From Halomicrobium mukohataei DSM 12286 (GTDB lineage: Archaea > Halobacteriota > Halobacteria > Halobacteriales > Haloarculaceae), in the NCBI RefSeq assembly GCF_000023965.1, contig NC_013201.1, positions 90,001 through 122,000 of the forward strand: a DNA stretch of 32,000 bases, in the 5' to 3' direction. The translations under genes and the position numbers were made by a program. The notes under the pieces were generated by a model. The model saw only the letters and a list, made by a program, of their open reading frames with translations, had not been told where the DNA came from and searched no databases. Positions within the stretch are counted from its first letter, which is position 1. Each line of letters starts with the position of its first letter. Shown here in pieces: positions 14,920 to 23,719 of this stretch.

Positions 14920-17454
14920 TCACCACTGGTCGGCCAGCACGTCACGGACCCGAGCGGCCGTTTCCGGACGCGCCGCTGGATCCGGATCCAGCGCGGTACG
15001 GAGCAGATCGTCGACGGCTGGAGGGACGCCATCGCGAACGTCTCCCGGCGGGGCAGGGGACCGCTCTCTTTTCTGTACTGCCTGCTCGACGGCGAACGGC
15101 TTCTCTCCCGTCAGGAGTTCGTAGACCAGCGTCGCGAGCTGGTAGATGTCCGTCTTGGCGGGTGGCACTTCACGCGCCCGTTCGCTTTCCGGACGCTGTT
15201 CGGGCGCTCCGTACCCAGGCGTGTACTGCTTGTCTCCGCGGCTCAGTTCGTGTCTCTTCCGTGCGGTCCCCCAGTCGGCCAACTTCGGCATCGACCACCC
15301 GCGACGACGCTGGAGGAGGACGTTCGCCGGTGTGATGTCCCGGTGGTAGATCCCGTGTGAGTGGGCGTGCTGTAGTGCGTCGGCGATACAGACGCCGATC
15401 CAGAGCACCTGTGACACGGGCAGCGATCGCGCCTCGGCGAACGCTCCCAGTTCTCCCTCGTCGAGGTACTCCATCGCGATCCAGGGCTGGGGCTGGGCTC
15501 CCCAGCCGAAGATCGTCACGATGTTGGGGTGGTCGTGGACTCGGCCCCACTTCTGGGCTTCCTCGATGTACGCCGAGAGATCGGCCACGGTCCGACCGGC
15601 CGGTTCCAGTGGCCGCTTGAGCGCGATCGTTCGTGGCGCTTCCGTAGACGCGTTCGCCGGTGGATGCAGCGACGCTTTATGCACAGTCCCCGTTCCCCCG
15701 TGCTGGATCCGGTGATGGGCTTCGATATCGCCGTAGTCGATCGTCTCTGTGAGCCACGGCGTGTAGGCTGTCGCGGACACGACCGGCAACGCAGTCGGTG
15801 CGAGCGGGTGATCCTTGCCGGCGTGTGTCACCGTCGACGGTCCGCTGTGTTCGAGTGCGGCGTCGATGGCCGTCGACACGTCTGGTCTCGACTCGGTCAC
15901 CGCCGTCTCGGCGAGCGCACGACGGGTCGACGGCGTCGACGCTGCCCCCAGCGCCTGTGCGAGCAGTCGCCGCACTCGTGGTACCGACTCGGTCGCGAGG
16001 CGTTCTTCCAGCACCGACGTGACCCGGTCGGGGGTGGTCGTTTCGGAGCGGACGAGCGACAGCAGGCCAGTGACGGCGTCGGCCCGTTCCGTCGATGTCG
16101 CACTCTCACCGGCTCGTCGACAGAGCCAGTCGACGCTCTCGTCGTGTGCTGTGACCTGTTCGGGGAACGCCCGGCTCATCGTCGCCAGTGCCTCGGTCCG
16201 GAGCGGTCCGAAAGCCGTTCGCTCCCCGGTCCGGACCTCCGTGAGGTACTCCAGCGCCGTCGCCACCGCCGACTCGGAGAGTGGTTCGTCACTCGACAGG
16301 CGGGTCAGGAGCCACACCGCGTATCCTCGTGCCCTCGTGTGGCGCTTCGTCGTCGTCTTCGACTCACGTTCCGCGGCCAGATACGAACGGACCTCTTCGG
16401 TGGTGTCGGCAGTGTCGAGCACGTCACCGTGCGCCTCGTGGACCCGTCCGAGCAGTCGTACGACACGGTGGATCGATTCGTCGCGCTGCTCGAGCAGGTC
16501 CACACACTGTTCGACGGCGGCCTCCGAGACCTGTTCGGGGTGGTCGCGAGCGAGCTGGGCGAGTGCCATCGCAGCGTTCGACCGCACGTACCTGGCGTGC
16601 TTTGCCAACGCTCCGGTGTCTTTCGACAGGTGAGCCGCGTCTTTCGCGTCTGCCTCCGTATAGCTCAGTAGCGCTTCGAGTTCGTCTCGGACCGGGACGA
16701 CGACTGACGGATGTGTTCTGCCGATCTGCCAGAGCGATCTGACTGCGCGGTTGACGTTCCGGGGCCGATTCCCGTGGTCGGCCACGACGGCGTGGAGTTC
16801 TGTCGCCGGTAACGCGGCCTCGGGTTCGGAGAGCCCCATGAATCCGAGTGCCCTGAGACCGACGCTTTGCAAGAGGTCGTCGTCGGCCGACGCGAACTCG
16901 CGCAGGCTGTCGGCCGCCGTCGCCATCTCTGCTCGTACGGCGGCCCGCCCCTCGTGATCGTAGTGCCCGAGGTTCGTCAGGGCGAGCACTGCCCGTCGCT
17001 TTCGAATCGCCTTTTGACCCGTCTGCAGCAGGTCGAGGAGCCGTTCGACGACGGTCTCAGTGACGACACTGTCGACGTCGTTCGATGCGAGTCGACTGAT
17101 TACGAGTGCGCCACGAGACCGGACACGTCCGGGATTCGACTCCCCGATCCGTTCTGTGGCGACTTCGGCGATCCGCTCTATGTAGGTCCGATCGGCGTCT
17201 GTCGTGGTGAGCGTCGTCAGTTCGGTCGTGACAGCGCCGTCTTTGACCAGTCGACTCAGCGCCTTCGTTCCGTTGTAGGCAACCGCCGGATCGTCGGCGG
17301 TCGCTGCCTCGATCGCCAGATCAAACGGCTCCGTCTCTCCGTCCGCCGGATCGAACGAGCGATCGCTCGCCAGTGTCGCGAGTGTCTCTGCTCCGGTCAG
17401 TCGCGTCTCCGGATCGTCGCCGTCGAGTTGCGCGTTGATCTCTTCGAGTGACAT
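14920..17454 (-). CDS. HEAT/ARM-like repeat protein with C-terminal Ser/Thr kinase domain (atypical catalytic loop)
   Basis: The N-terminal ~560 aa is helical-repeat-like (DPETRLTGAETLATLA, VRSRGALVISRLA, VRSNAAMALAQLA, VRRLLAQALG). The C-terminal kinase has GGTGTVHKA, IALKRP, WIAMEYLDEG, HRDITPANVLL (encoded 15345..15322), DWGTAR and YGAPEQ. I saw no TM segment. Confidence 0.85.
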   Translation of the reverse strand: MSLEEINAQLDGDDPETRLTGAETLATLASDRSFDPADGETEPFDLAIEAATADDPAVAYNGTKALSRLVKDGAVTTELTTLTTTDADRTYIERIAEVATERIGESNPGRVRSRGALVISRLASNDVDSVVTETVVERLLDLLQTGQKAIRKRRAVLALTNLGHYDHEGRAAVRAEMATAADSLREFASADDDLLQSVGLRALGFMGLSEPEAALPATELHAVVADHGNRPRNVNRAVRSLWQIGRTHPSVVVPVRDELEALLSYTEADAKDAAHLSKDTGALAKHARYVRSNAAMALAQLARDHPEQVSEAAVEQCVDLLEQRDESIHRVVRLLGRVHEAHGDVLDTADTTEEVRSYLAAERESKTTTKRHTRARGYAVWLLTRLSSDEPLSESAVATALEYLTEVRTGERTAFGPLRTEALATMSRAFPEQVTAHDESVDWLCRRAGESATSTERADAVTGLLSLVRSETTTPDRVTSVLEERLATESVPRVRRLLAQALGAASTPSTRRALAETAVTESRPDVSTAIDAALEHSGPSTVTHAGKDHPLAPTALPVVSATAYTPWLTETIDYGDIEAHHRIQHGGTGTVHKASLHPPANASTEAPRTIALKRPLEPAGRTVADLSAYIEEAQKWGRVHDHPNIVTIFGWGAQPQPWIAMEYLDEGELGAFAEARSLPVSQVLWIGVCIADALQHAHSHGIYHRDITPANVLLQRRRGWSMPKLADWGTARKRHELSRGDKQYTPGYGAPEQRPESERAREVPPAKTDIYQLATLVYELLTGEKPFAVEQAVQKRERSPAPPGDVRDGVPPAVDDLLRTALDPDPAARPETAARVRDVLADQW

Positions 17455-17458
17455 TGGC

Positions 17459-17836
17459 TCAGTCGGTGATCCGGTCGTCGGTCACGTCGACTAACAGTTC
17501 GAGTTCGGACAGCAAATCCGCTCCGACGAGCATCTCTCCGGTGTAGGCCGACCGGTCGCTGACGTCGACTTCGACGACCCTCGCTTCGTCGGACACGTCG
17601 AGCAGATCGACACAGACACAGACGATCTCGCGCGTTTCGGCCGCCGAACCCGACCGCGTCGTCACGTCGCCGACGGTACCGGTCTCGCCGATCGAGGACA
17701 GGACGCTCTCGTCGATCGTACTCCGGTCGGAGCCCGTATCGATCTTTGCAGTCACTCGCTGTTGACCCGTGGTACCAGTCACCTCGACGCGCTCGTATCG
17801 CCCGATCACCGTCCGGTCGCCAGCAGTGTCGGCCAT
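17459..17836 (-). CDS. Retropepsin-like aspartic protease (PF05618 'ATP-dependent zinc protease'/RimB-like family)
   Basis: The 125-aa product has VIGRYERVEV...AKIDTGSDRSTID (D-T-G active-site signature) and a C-terminal SDRSAYTGEMLVGADLL...LLVDV, which matches the family pattern as I recall it. Its stop lies 4 nt before the kinase start. Confidence 0.7.
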   Translation of the reverse strand: MADTAGDRTVIGRYERVEVTGTTGQQRVTAKIDTGSDRSTIDESVLSSIGETGTVGDVTTRSGSAAETREIVCVCVDLLDVSDEARVVEVDVSDRSAYTGEMLVGADLLSELELLVDVTDDRITD

Positions 17837-18140
17837 CTCTACGAGATACGTAGCGACGCCCCGGAATCAATCTGTGGATCACTACTGTACTGTAGCGCGT
17901 CTTCCCGACGTTCGGCCGGCGGACGCTCGGGGGACTCGTTCAAGACGAGCTGCCCGACCGAGAGGAACGCCCGGCAGTGATCGACGGGCAACGAGACGCG
18001 TTCGCTCGGGACCCGTTTCTGGCCCTCGACGAGATGGAGGGGACCGTCACCGACGGAATCGAGTGACGCCGCGAGACGACGCGTCTACTTTCACTCCGAG
18101 GCGAGCAGCTTTAGGGCACAACTGCGCTTCTCTCACAGGT

Positions 18141-20213
18141 ATGGACGACGCTGCCGTCTCCGCTCGACGCTGTTCGCCCACGGTCCACGTCCACGACGTG
18201 CAGTCCCTCCTGGAACGTCCCCAGCGAGCCCGCGACCCGATCGACATCGTGATGACGCCCGAGCAGCTCCACCAGCGCAACTGCAAGCGGGCGCTCGCAC
18301 AGCGCAGCCGGCCCCGTTCGTCGGTCCTGTTTCGGACGCCGATCGACGTGGCGTCGCGGGTCCTCTCGACCCACGAGGGCCGAGCGGTCGAGACGCTCGA
18401 CCGGCTCGACCGGCTCCGGCTGTTCCGGACGCTCCTCGACGAGCCGCCCGCGGGCGTCGGGGCGCTCACCACCGTCTACGGCACGGCACTGACCGAGCAC
18501 GCCGAGTCGATCGAGGTCGCTCGCGAGGAGCTCCAGCTCCTGACCGGCGGGCGAGCCGACCGGGCGGAGGCGCTCGACGACGTTCGCTCGTCGCTGTCGG
18601 CGGCTGCCAGTGCCGACACGCGCGCGCTCCGTACCGGGGTGGGTGCTCTCGTCGACGCTCTCGACGAGCGTGTCGCGGCCGCTCCAGCTCCCGGCGCTGT
18701 CTTTCGGGCCTGTGCGAGCGCGATCGAGGAGACCGACGGCGCAGTGTGGTCGGCGACGTTCCCGACGATCGAGCGGATCGATCTCGCTGGCGTCAGCACG
18801 CTCGGCGCGCCGATCCGAGACTTTCTCACGGCGGTCGAGGCGGCGACCGACGTCGCCGTCCACTACTACCTCCGGGCCGGGACCGGTCCCCGGATCGCCC
18901 GTCGGCTGGCTGCCCGGTCCGGGATCGCCGACACCGCCCCGGACCGCGTCGATCCGTCGCCCGACCGCCGGCTCGACCAGCCGCCGCGAACGACCGAGAT
19001 CGCGGTCGAGACGAGACACGACGAGGCCCGCACCGCGGCGGCGATCGTCGACGGGGCGCTCGAAGCGGGTGCCGGCGTCGACGACGTCGCGCTCGTCGCT
19101 CGGGACGTCGATCGCTACGAGCGGCCGGTCCGGCGCGCGCTGTCGACGTACGGACGGCATCCGTCGGTCTGGACGCAGCTCCCGCTGACCCGGACGCTCC
19201 CCTACCGGCTCGTCGCCGCCGTCTGTGAGCTGCTGGGGGCGGCCGCGGCCGACGACATCGCCGCCGACACGCTGGTGGAACCGCTCGCGCTCCAGTGGAT
19301 CGCACCGCGCGGCCGTCGCGACCGCCCGACGCCACCGTCGACGATACACGCGCTCGATCGTGCGCTCGACGGCGCGTCTCGCTCGCGGGTCGGGTGGCTC
19401 ACGGCCGTCGGGAAACTCGACGGCGTCGATACGACCGCACGCGAAGCGGCGGCCGGCCTGCTGAACTGGATCGGCCAGCAGCCCGCCGAGCCCGCGCCAG
19501 CCGACATCTGTTCCGTTCTGGAGCCCGTCGTCGACGCGTTCGAGGAGGGCGTCCTGCCCCGGCGGGCCGCGTCCGACGGGCCGGACTACACCGAGACCGC
19601 CCAGACCGCCCGCGCCGTCGAGCGGGTCGCCGGCACGGACGACGGCGATCACCTCCTTCGCGAGACGCGCGCGAAGTACGCCGACTGGCTCGAACGGGGC
19701 CACCTCGATCCGTCGTGGGACACCGTCCTGACGGTCCTCGACGCGCTCGCGACCGCCCGGCCCGGCCGGCGCGAACACGCCAACGCCGAGCGCATCGACG
19801 TGCTCGACGCGACGGACGCCTGGCTCCGGACGTACTCGCTCGTGATCGCGCTGGGGTTCGTCGACGGCGAGTGGCCACAGCGCCCCCACGGCGAGTTGCC
19901 GGCCGAACTGCGGGCGGCCATCGTCCGGGGCCAGACACGGTCGGCCCGTCAGTTCCCCGTCCGGGGGGCCTGGTCGACAGAGCGCGACCTCGATCACTTC
20001 GCCGACGCGGTCCGGGCCGCCACCGATCACCTCGTCGTCACTCGCTACACCCGTGACGTGGACGGCGTCCGCTACGATCGGTCGCCGCTGCTTGCCCACC
20101 TGGACGCCAACCGCCTCGCGCCCGAGCGGGTCCGTCGATTGCGGGCCGGCGACGCCTCGACGCTCCACGACTGGATCGACGACGGCACGAGCGTGGGGGG
20201 TGGCGGCCGGTGA
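18141..20213 (+). CDS. AddB/RexB-like helicase-nuclease accessory subunit lacking Walker A and nuclease domain (tentative)
   Basis: This is a 690-aa acidic ORF. I preferred the ATG at 18141 (MDDAAV) because the ORF-track start at 17769 overlaps the divergent protease gene and is Arg-rich. The C-terminal HLVVTRYTRDVDGVRYDRSPLL resembles the end of the AddB helicase-like module. I found no GxGKT and no C-terminal PD-(D/E)XK motif. Its stop overlaps the GTG start of the next gene (GTGA at 20210-20213). Confidence 0.5.
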   Translation: MDDAAVSARRCSPTVHVHDVQSLLERPQRARDPIDIVMTPEQLHQRNCKRALAQRSRPRSSVLFRTPIDVASRVLSTHEGRAVETLDRLDRLRLFRTLLDEPPAGVGALTTVYGTALTEHAESIEVAREELQLLTGGRADRAEALDDVRSSLSAAASADTRALRTGVGALVDALDERVAAAPAPGAVFRACASAIEETDGAVWSATFPTIERIDLAGVSTLGAPIRDFLTAVEAATDVAVHYYLRAGTGPRIARRLAARSGIADTAPDRVDPSPDRRLDQPPRTTEIAVETRHDEARTAAAIVDGALEAGAGVDDVALVARDVDRYERPVRRALSTYGRHPSVWTQLPLTRTLPYRLVAAVCELLGAAAADDIAADTLVEPLALQWIAPRGRRDRPTPPSTIHALDRALDGASRSRVGWLTAVGKLDGVDTTAREAAAGLLNWIGQQPAEPAPADICSVLEPVVDAFEEGVLPRRAASDGPDYTETAQTARAVERVAGTDDGDHLLRETRAKYADWLERGHLDPSWDTVLTVLDALATARPGRREHANAERIDVLDATDAWLRTYSLVIALGFVDGEWPQRPHGELPAELRAAIVRGQTRSARQFPVRGAWSTERDLDHFADAVRAATDHLVVTRYTRDVDGVRYDRSPLLAHLDANRLAPERVRRLRAGDASTLHDWIDDGTSVGGGGR

Positions 20214-23200
20214 CCGACGGCGTCCCGCCCCTGGAGGGCGCACAGGACCGGATTCGCGACGCGTTCCTCGCTCACGACCGGGGGCTGTTCGTCCTCGACT
20301 GTACGGCGGGCTTTGGCAAGTCGACGACCGTCGAGCGCGTCGCCGCCGAGGCGCTGGTCGAAGCGGGCGCGCAAGCGGCCGCTCCCGAACGGGGGCTCTG
20401 CGTCGTCTCGTTCTCCCGCGAGGACGCTGCCGGTATCGTTCCGGGGATCACTGCCGCGCTGGCCGCGTTCGCCGACGACGAGCAGCCGACGGCGACCACT
20501 ATCAGCCCCGAGCGTTCACGGCGGCTCCAGGAGCGGGTCCGCCACGCCGACCACGTCGGGACCATCGACAGCATCTTTCGCACCGTCTTCACGGAGATTC
20601 ACGCCGAGTACGGCTTCGAGCAGATGCCGACGGTCGGCAACGACGCGCGACTCTCCTCGCTCCGAGAAGCGGCGCTGGACGCCCTGCGTGGTCGCGAGTC
20701 ACTGACGGCCCGGTTCGACCGTCTCGACGAGGCCTACGGCGACGAGACGGCCAGCGACGGACGGGGGGCCGACGGGCGCACGCTGGACACGCTGCTCGAA
20801 ACGGCCCGCTCGGCCAAGCGCGCCCGCAGGCTCTCCGACGAGCAGTTCCGCGACAGACTCCTGGGCGCGATCGACGAGGCCTTTCCGGACGGTCGCCCGG
20901 CCACGTTCGACGCCGTGGTCCGTGACGTGGCGCGGTTCTTCGACGAGGAGACCGCCGCGGCGTTCCGGCGACGCCACGACGACGAGGCGGCGGTCACGGC
21001 CCAGTCCCGGGCGTGTTTCGACCGCTGGCGTGCGCGCGTCGAGGAGTTCTGTTCGCTCGTGGTCGCCTACGAGACCGAGTACGACCGCCGGTGTCGCGAG
21101 CGCGGCGTGCTCGCCCACCAGGACGTGGCGTACTGGGTCGCCGACTTCTTCGACGAGTCCGGCGACGCCGACGACTCGTTCCGCGAGCGGGTCCGACAGC
21201 GCCACGCTCACGCCCTCCAGACCCTCGTCATCGACGAGGCCCAGGACGTGTCCGTCGCACAGCACGACGCGCTCGCGCCGCTGGTCCCCGACGACGCCCG
21301 CGTCCTGCTTGCCGGGGACACCGACCAGTGTATCTACGCCTGGCGCGACGCCCGGCCGGCGCTGTTCACGCGAGCGTTCGACGAGGGGACGTACTTCGGG
21401 CGCTCCTGGACGCCCCACGAGCGGGCCGACGCCGCACGGACCTATCGGATGCGACCGGACGTCTCGGCGGCCGTCGACGCCGTCTTCGAGACGGTCTTTA
21501 CCGATCCCGCACGCGGTGCCGTACACCGGACCGGCGACGGCTACGCGCCCGTCGAGACCGACCGCGAGGCGACGAGCGAGCCGGCGGTCCACGTCGCGAG
21601 CTACCGGGCGCGGGGCTCTCCGGGGACGACCACGTGGTTCGAGGAGAGCGAAGCAGCGCCGCTCTCGAACTACCTCCACGGTGCGCTGGCCGACGACGGC
21701 TTCGCGGGCCGAGACGCCGACGGCCCGGTGGAGGTCCTCTTTCCGACGCGGACGAACATGCGCTCGCTCGCCGCTCGTCTGGAAGCGAAGGGGCTGTCCG
21801 TCGCCGACGCCAGCGAACTGCTGTTCGAGACCCCGCTCGTCGAACTCGTCGTCGGCGTCGTCGAGTGGCTCGTCGATCCGTTCGACCCGGAGCGAACGCG
21901 CGCGCTCTTCGACGGCGCGGTTCCGGCGGTGACCTGCGACGACGGGTCGACCGTCCGAGAGATCGCTGCCGCAGCCGACTATCGCCTCGACGAGATCGGG
22001 GCCGACGATCGACTCCCGGCCCGCGTCGAGACGTTCCTCGACGACCTCGCCGAACTCCGCGGGCGGCTCGCGCGACGGACGGCCGATCCGGGGGCGCTCG
22101 TCGTCGCGACCGTCGTCGAGACGCTGGCCCTGGGGACCGACCCGTTCGACCAGGTCGACGATCCGCGGCGCTGTCTCGCCGTCCTCGATACGCTCGTCGA
22201 GACCGTCGAGTCGTGGGAGGGGACCGACCGCTACTCGCTGTCCGAGCTGGCCGGCGTCCTCCAGCGGTACCGCGCGTCCCCGTCTCACGGGCCGCTCGTC
22301 CCGGTGCCCGACGACAGCGACTACGACGTGGTGTTCCGGACGATCCACAACGCGAAAGGCGACGAGGCCGATATCGTCTGCCTGGCCGACCTGAGCCGAC
22401 CACTCGGGGTCCACGGCCCACATCGCGATTCGTTCGTGGCCCGCGGTGAGACGCTCGCGCTCGCACCGCCAGCGACCGCGCCGTCGGTTCCCGTCGACGA
22501 ACCCAGCGCTCACGGCGTCGAGTCGGTGCCGCGGCTCCGCTGGGCGACGAACCGCTGGGTCGGGGACGAGCAGCCGCGACTCGGCGGACCGCCGGTGTTC
22601 AGCGAGCTCGCCGCCGCACACCGCGCGGACCGCTGGCGGACGCTGTACGTCGCCATGACGCGGGCCCGGGACCACCTCGTCCTCTCGGTGCCACGGGACG
22701 CGACGAGCCACGGAACGCCGCCACAGGACAGCTGGGTGACGACGATCCGGCGGGCACTCGCTCTCCCCGACTCGCTGGAGCGCGGCCGGATCGACACCGC
22801 GCTCCAGCGACCGACCGGGGAGTACCCGCTGGCGATCGGCTGTCTCGACGTGGCCTACGACGCCAGCGTCTCGCAGTCGAGTCGCCCGACGCCGCGGACT
22901 GCGCTCGCGCCGTCGCCGACTCGGACGGGCCGGACGCCCCGCTTCGTCAACGGCAGTACGCTCTACCCGCTGGCGACGGGACTGGACGAGCACTGGCTCG
23001 CCCACCTCAAGGGGGCCCCGCTCCACAGCGACCGTCCCGCTCCCGACGACGGCCTCCCGCTGGCCTTCGACGCGGTCGGCCCCGACGACCTCGGGACGAT
23101 CGCACACGACGTGCTCACGACCGCCGTCGATCGAGGCGTCTCGACCGCGACGCTGGAAGACTGTGCCGAACCGCTCGCGGGGCGGCTCGACGCCGCTATC

Positions 23201-23638
23201 GACGAGCAGTGCCGCGACGTTGGCGGCCGTGAGCGCCAGCAGGTGGCGAGCTACGTCCGCGAGACCGTCTGCCCGCAGTTCGCCTCGACCGGCGTCTGGG
23301 AGCGCTTGCAGTCGAGCGCCGTCTACGTCGAGGAGCCACTCGACGCCGTGCTTCCCGTGGCCGACCACACCATCGAGACCCGGAACCACGCCGACATCGT
23401 CTCGCGCGCTCCGGACGGCACGTGGTACGTCGACGACATCAAGCTCGTCCTCGCCGACACCGACGCCACCCGGGACCGATACGCGCTCCAGACCGCCTTC
23501 TACGCCTGGCTGCTCGAACGCCAGCTCGACGACGCGACGGTCCGGGGGCGCATCACGTGCGTGGGCGAGCGCGTCGACTCGACGGCCGGCACTGCGCCGG
23601 TCGACGACATCGAGTCGTGGCTCGCGCGGTTCGCGTGA
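20210..23638 (+). CDS. UvrD/Rep superfamily-1 helicase with C-terminal PD-(D/E)XK (RecB-type) nuclease; AddA-like
   Basis: SF1 motifs are present: I AGFGKST (20306..20326), Ia VVSFSREDAAG, II LVIDEAQDVS, III LLAGDTDQCIYAWRDA, V FRTIHNAKGDEADIV and VI LYVAMTRARDHLVLS. The C-terminal nuclease has GTIAHDVL, ADIVSRAPDGTWYVDDIKL (D...DxK, about 23429..23443) and YALQTAFYAWLL (QxxxY). Confidence 0.85.
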   Translation: MTDGVPPLEGAQDRIRDAFLAHDRGLFVLDCTAGFGKSTTVERVAAEALVEAGAQAAAPERGLCVVSFSREDAAGIVPGITAALAAFADDEQPTATTISPERSRRLQERVRHADHVGTIDSIFRTVFTEIHAEYGFEQMPTVGNDARLSSLREAALDALRGRESLTARFDRLDEAYGDETASDGRGADGRTLDTLLETARSAKRARRLSDEQFRDRLLGAIDEAFPDGRPATFDAVVRDVARFFDEETAAAFRRRHDDEAAVTAQSRACFDRWRARVEEFCSLVVAYETEYDRRCRERGVLAHQDVAYWVADFFDESGDADDSFRERVRQRHAHALQTLVIDEAQDVSVAQHDALAPLVPDDARVLLAGDTDQCIYAWRDARPALFTRAFDEGTYFGRSWTPHERADAARTYRMRPDVSAAVDAVFETVFTDPARGAVHRTGDGYAPVETDREATSEPAVHVASYRARGSPGTTTWFEESEAAPLSNYLHGALADDGFAGRDADGPVEVLFPTRTNMRSLAARLEAKGLSVADASELLFETPLVELVVGVVEWLVDPFDPERTRALFDGAVPAVTCDDGSTVREIAAAADYRLDEIGADDRLPARVETFLDDLAELRGRLARRTADPGALVVATVVETLALGTDPFDQVDDPRRCLAVLDTLVETVESWEGTDRYSLSELAGVLQRYRASPSHGPLVPVPDDSDYDVVFRTIHNAKGDEADIVCLADLSRPLGVHGPHRDSFVARGETLALAPPATAPSVPVDEPSAHGVESVPRLRWATNRWVGDEQPRLGGPPVFSELAAAHRADRWRTLYVAMTRARDHLVLSVPRDATSHGTPPQDSWVTTIRRALALPDSLERGRIDTALQRPTGEYPLAIGCLDVAYDASVSQSSRPTPRTALAPSPTRTGRTPRFVNGSTLYPLATGLDEHWLAHLKGAPLHSDRPAPDDGLPLAFDAVGPDDLGTIAHDVLTTAVDRGVSTATLEDCAEPLAGRLDAAIDEQCRDVGGRERQQVASYVRETVCPQFASTGVWERLQSSAVYVEEPLDAVLPVADHTIETRNHADIVSRAPDGTWYVDDIKLVLADTDATRDRYALQTAFYAWLLERQLDDATVRGRITCVGERVDSTAGTAPVDDIESWLARFA

Positions 23639-23692
23639 GCCCCCATCCTCCGGCTGTAACTGTTTCAAGATATTCGCGATACGGGGTCGCAA

Positions 23693-23706
23693 AATCTGTA
23701 CAGATT
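23693..23706. terminator. Perfect 14-bp palindrome between convergent genes (candidate bidirectional terminator)
   Basis: AATCTGTACAGATT lies between the helicase stop (23638) and the binding-protein stop (23720), and is preceded by an A-run. Confidence 0.35.
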
Positions 23707-23719
23707 CCGGCCGGCAGTA

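Noticed and set aside
14856-15032. N-terminal extension of the lipoprotein ORF 14142..15032
   Set aside because: The extension overlaps the 3' end of the kinase gene and is Arg-rich. The internal MNRRESL... gives a canonical Tat/lipobox signal.
62-16742. Many other overlapping ORFs from the track (e.g. 668..1618 -, 2366..3421 -, 9020..10435 +, 9996..10955 -, 12749..13477 -, 13172..14320 +, 13643..14353 -, 15529..16671 +, 15815..16633 +)
   Set aside because: All are Arg/Pro/Ser-rich, lack recognisable motifs, and overlap frames that have clear domain signatures. I treated them as GC-driven spurious ORFs.
17769-18140. N-terminal extension of the AddB-like ORF (track start 17769)
   Set aside because: The extension overlaps the divergent protease gene and translates to an Arg/Ser/Pro-rich sequence. 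I preferred the ATG at 18141, though the true start is unverified.
18111-23692. Very long minus-strand ORFs (18111..20243, 710 aa; 20699..23692, 997 aa) antisense to the helicase-nuclease genes
   Set aside because: The translations are dominated by Arg/Pro/Gly/Val runs with no motifs, which is the usual shadow-ORF artefact in high-GC DNA. The plus-strand frames carry complete SF1 helicase and nuclease motifs and acidic halophile composition.
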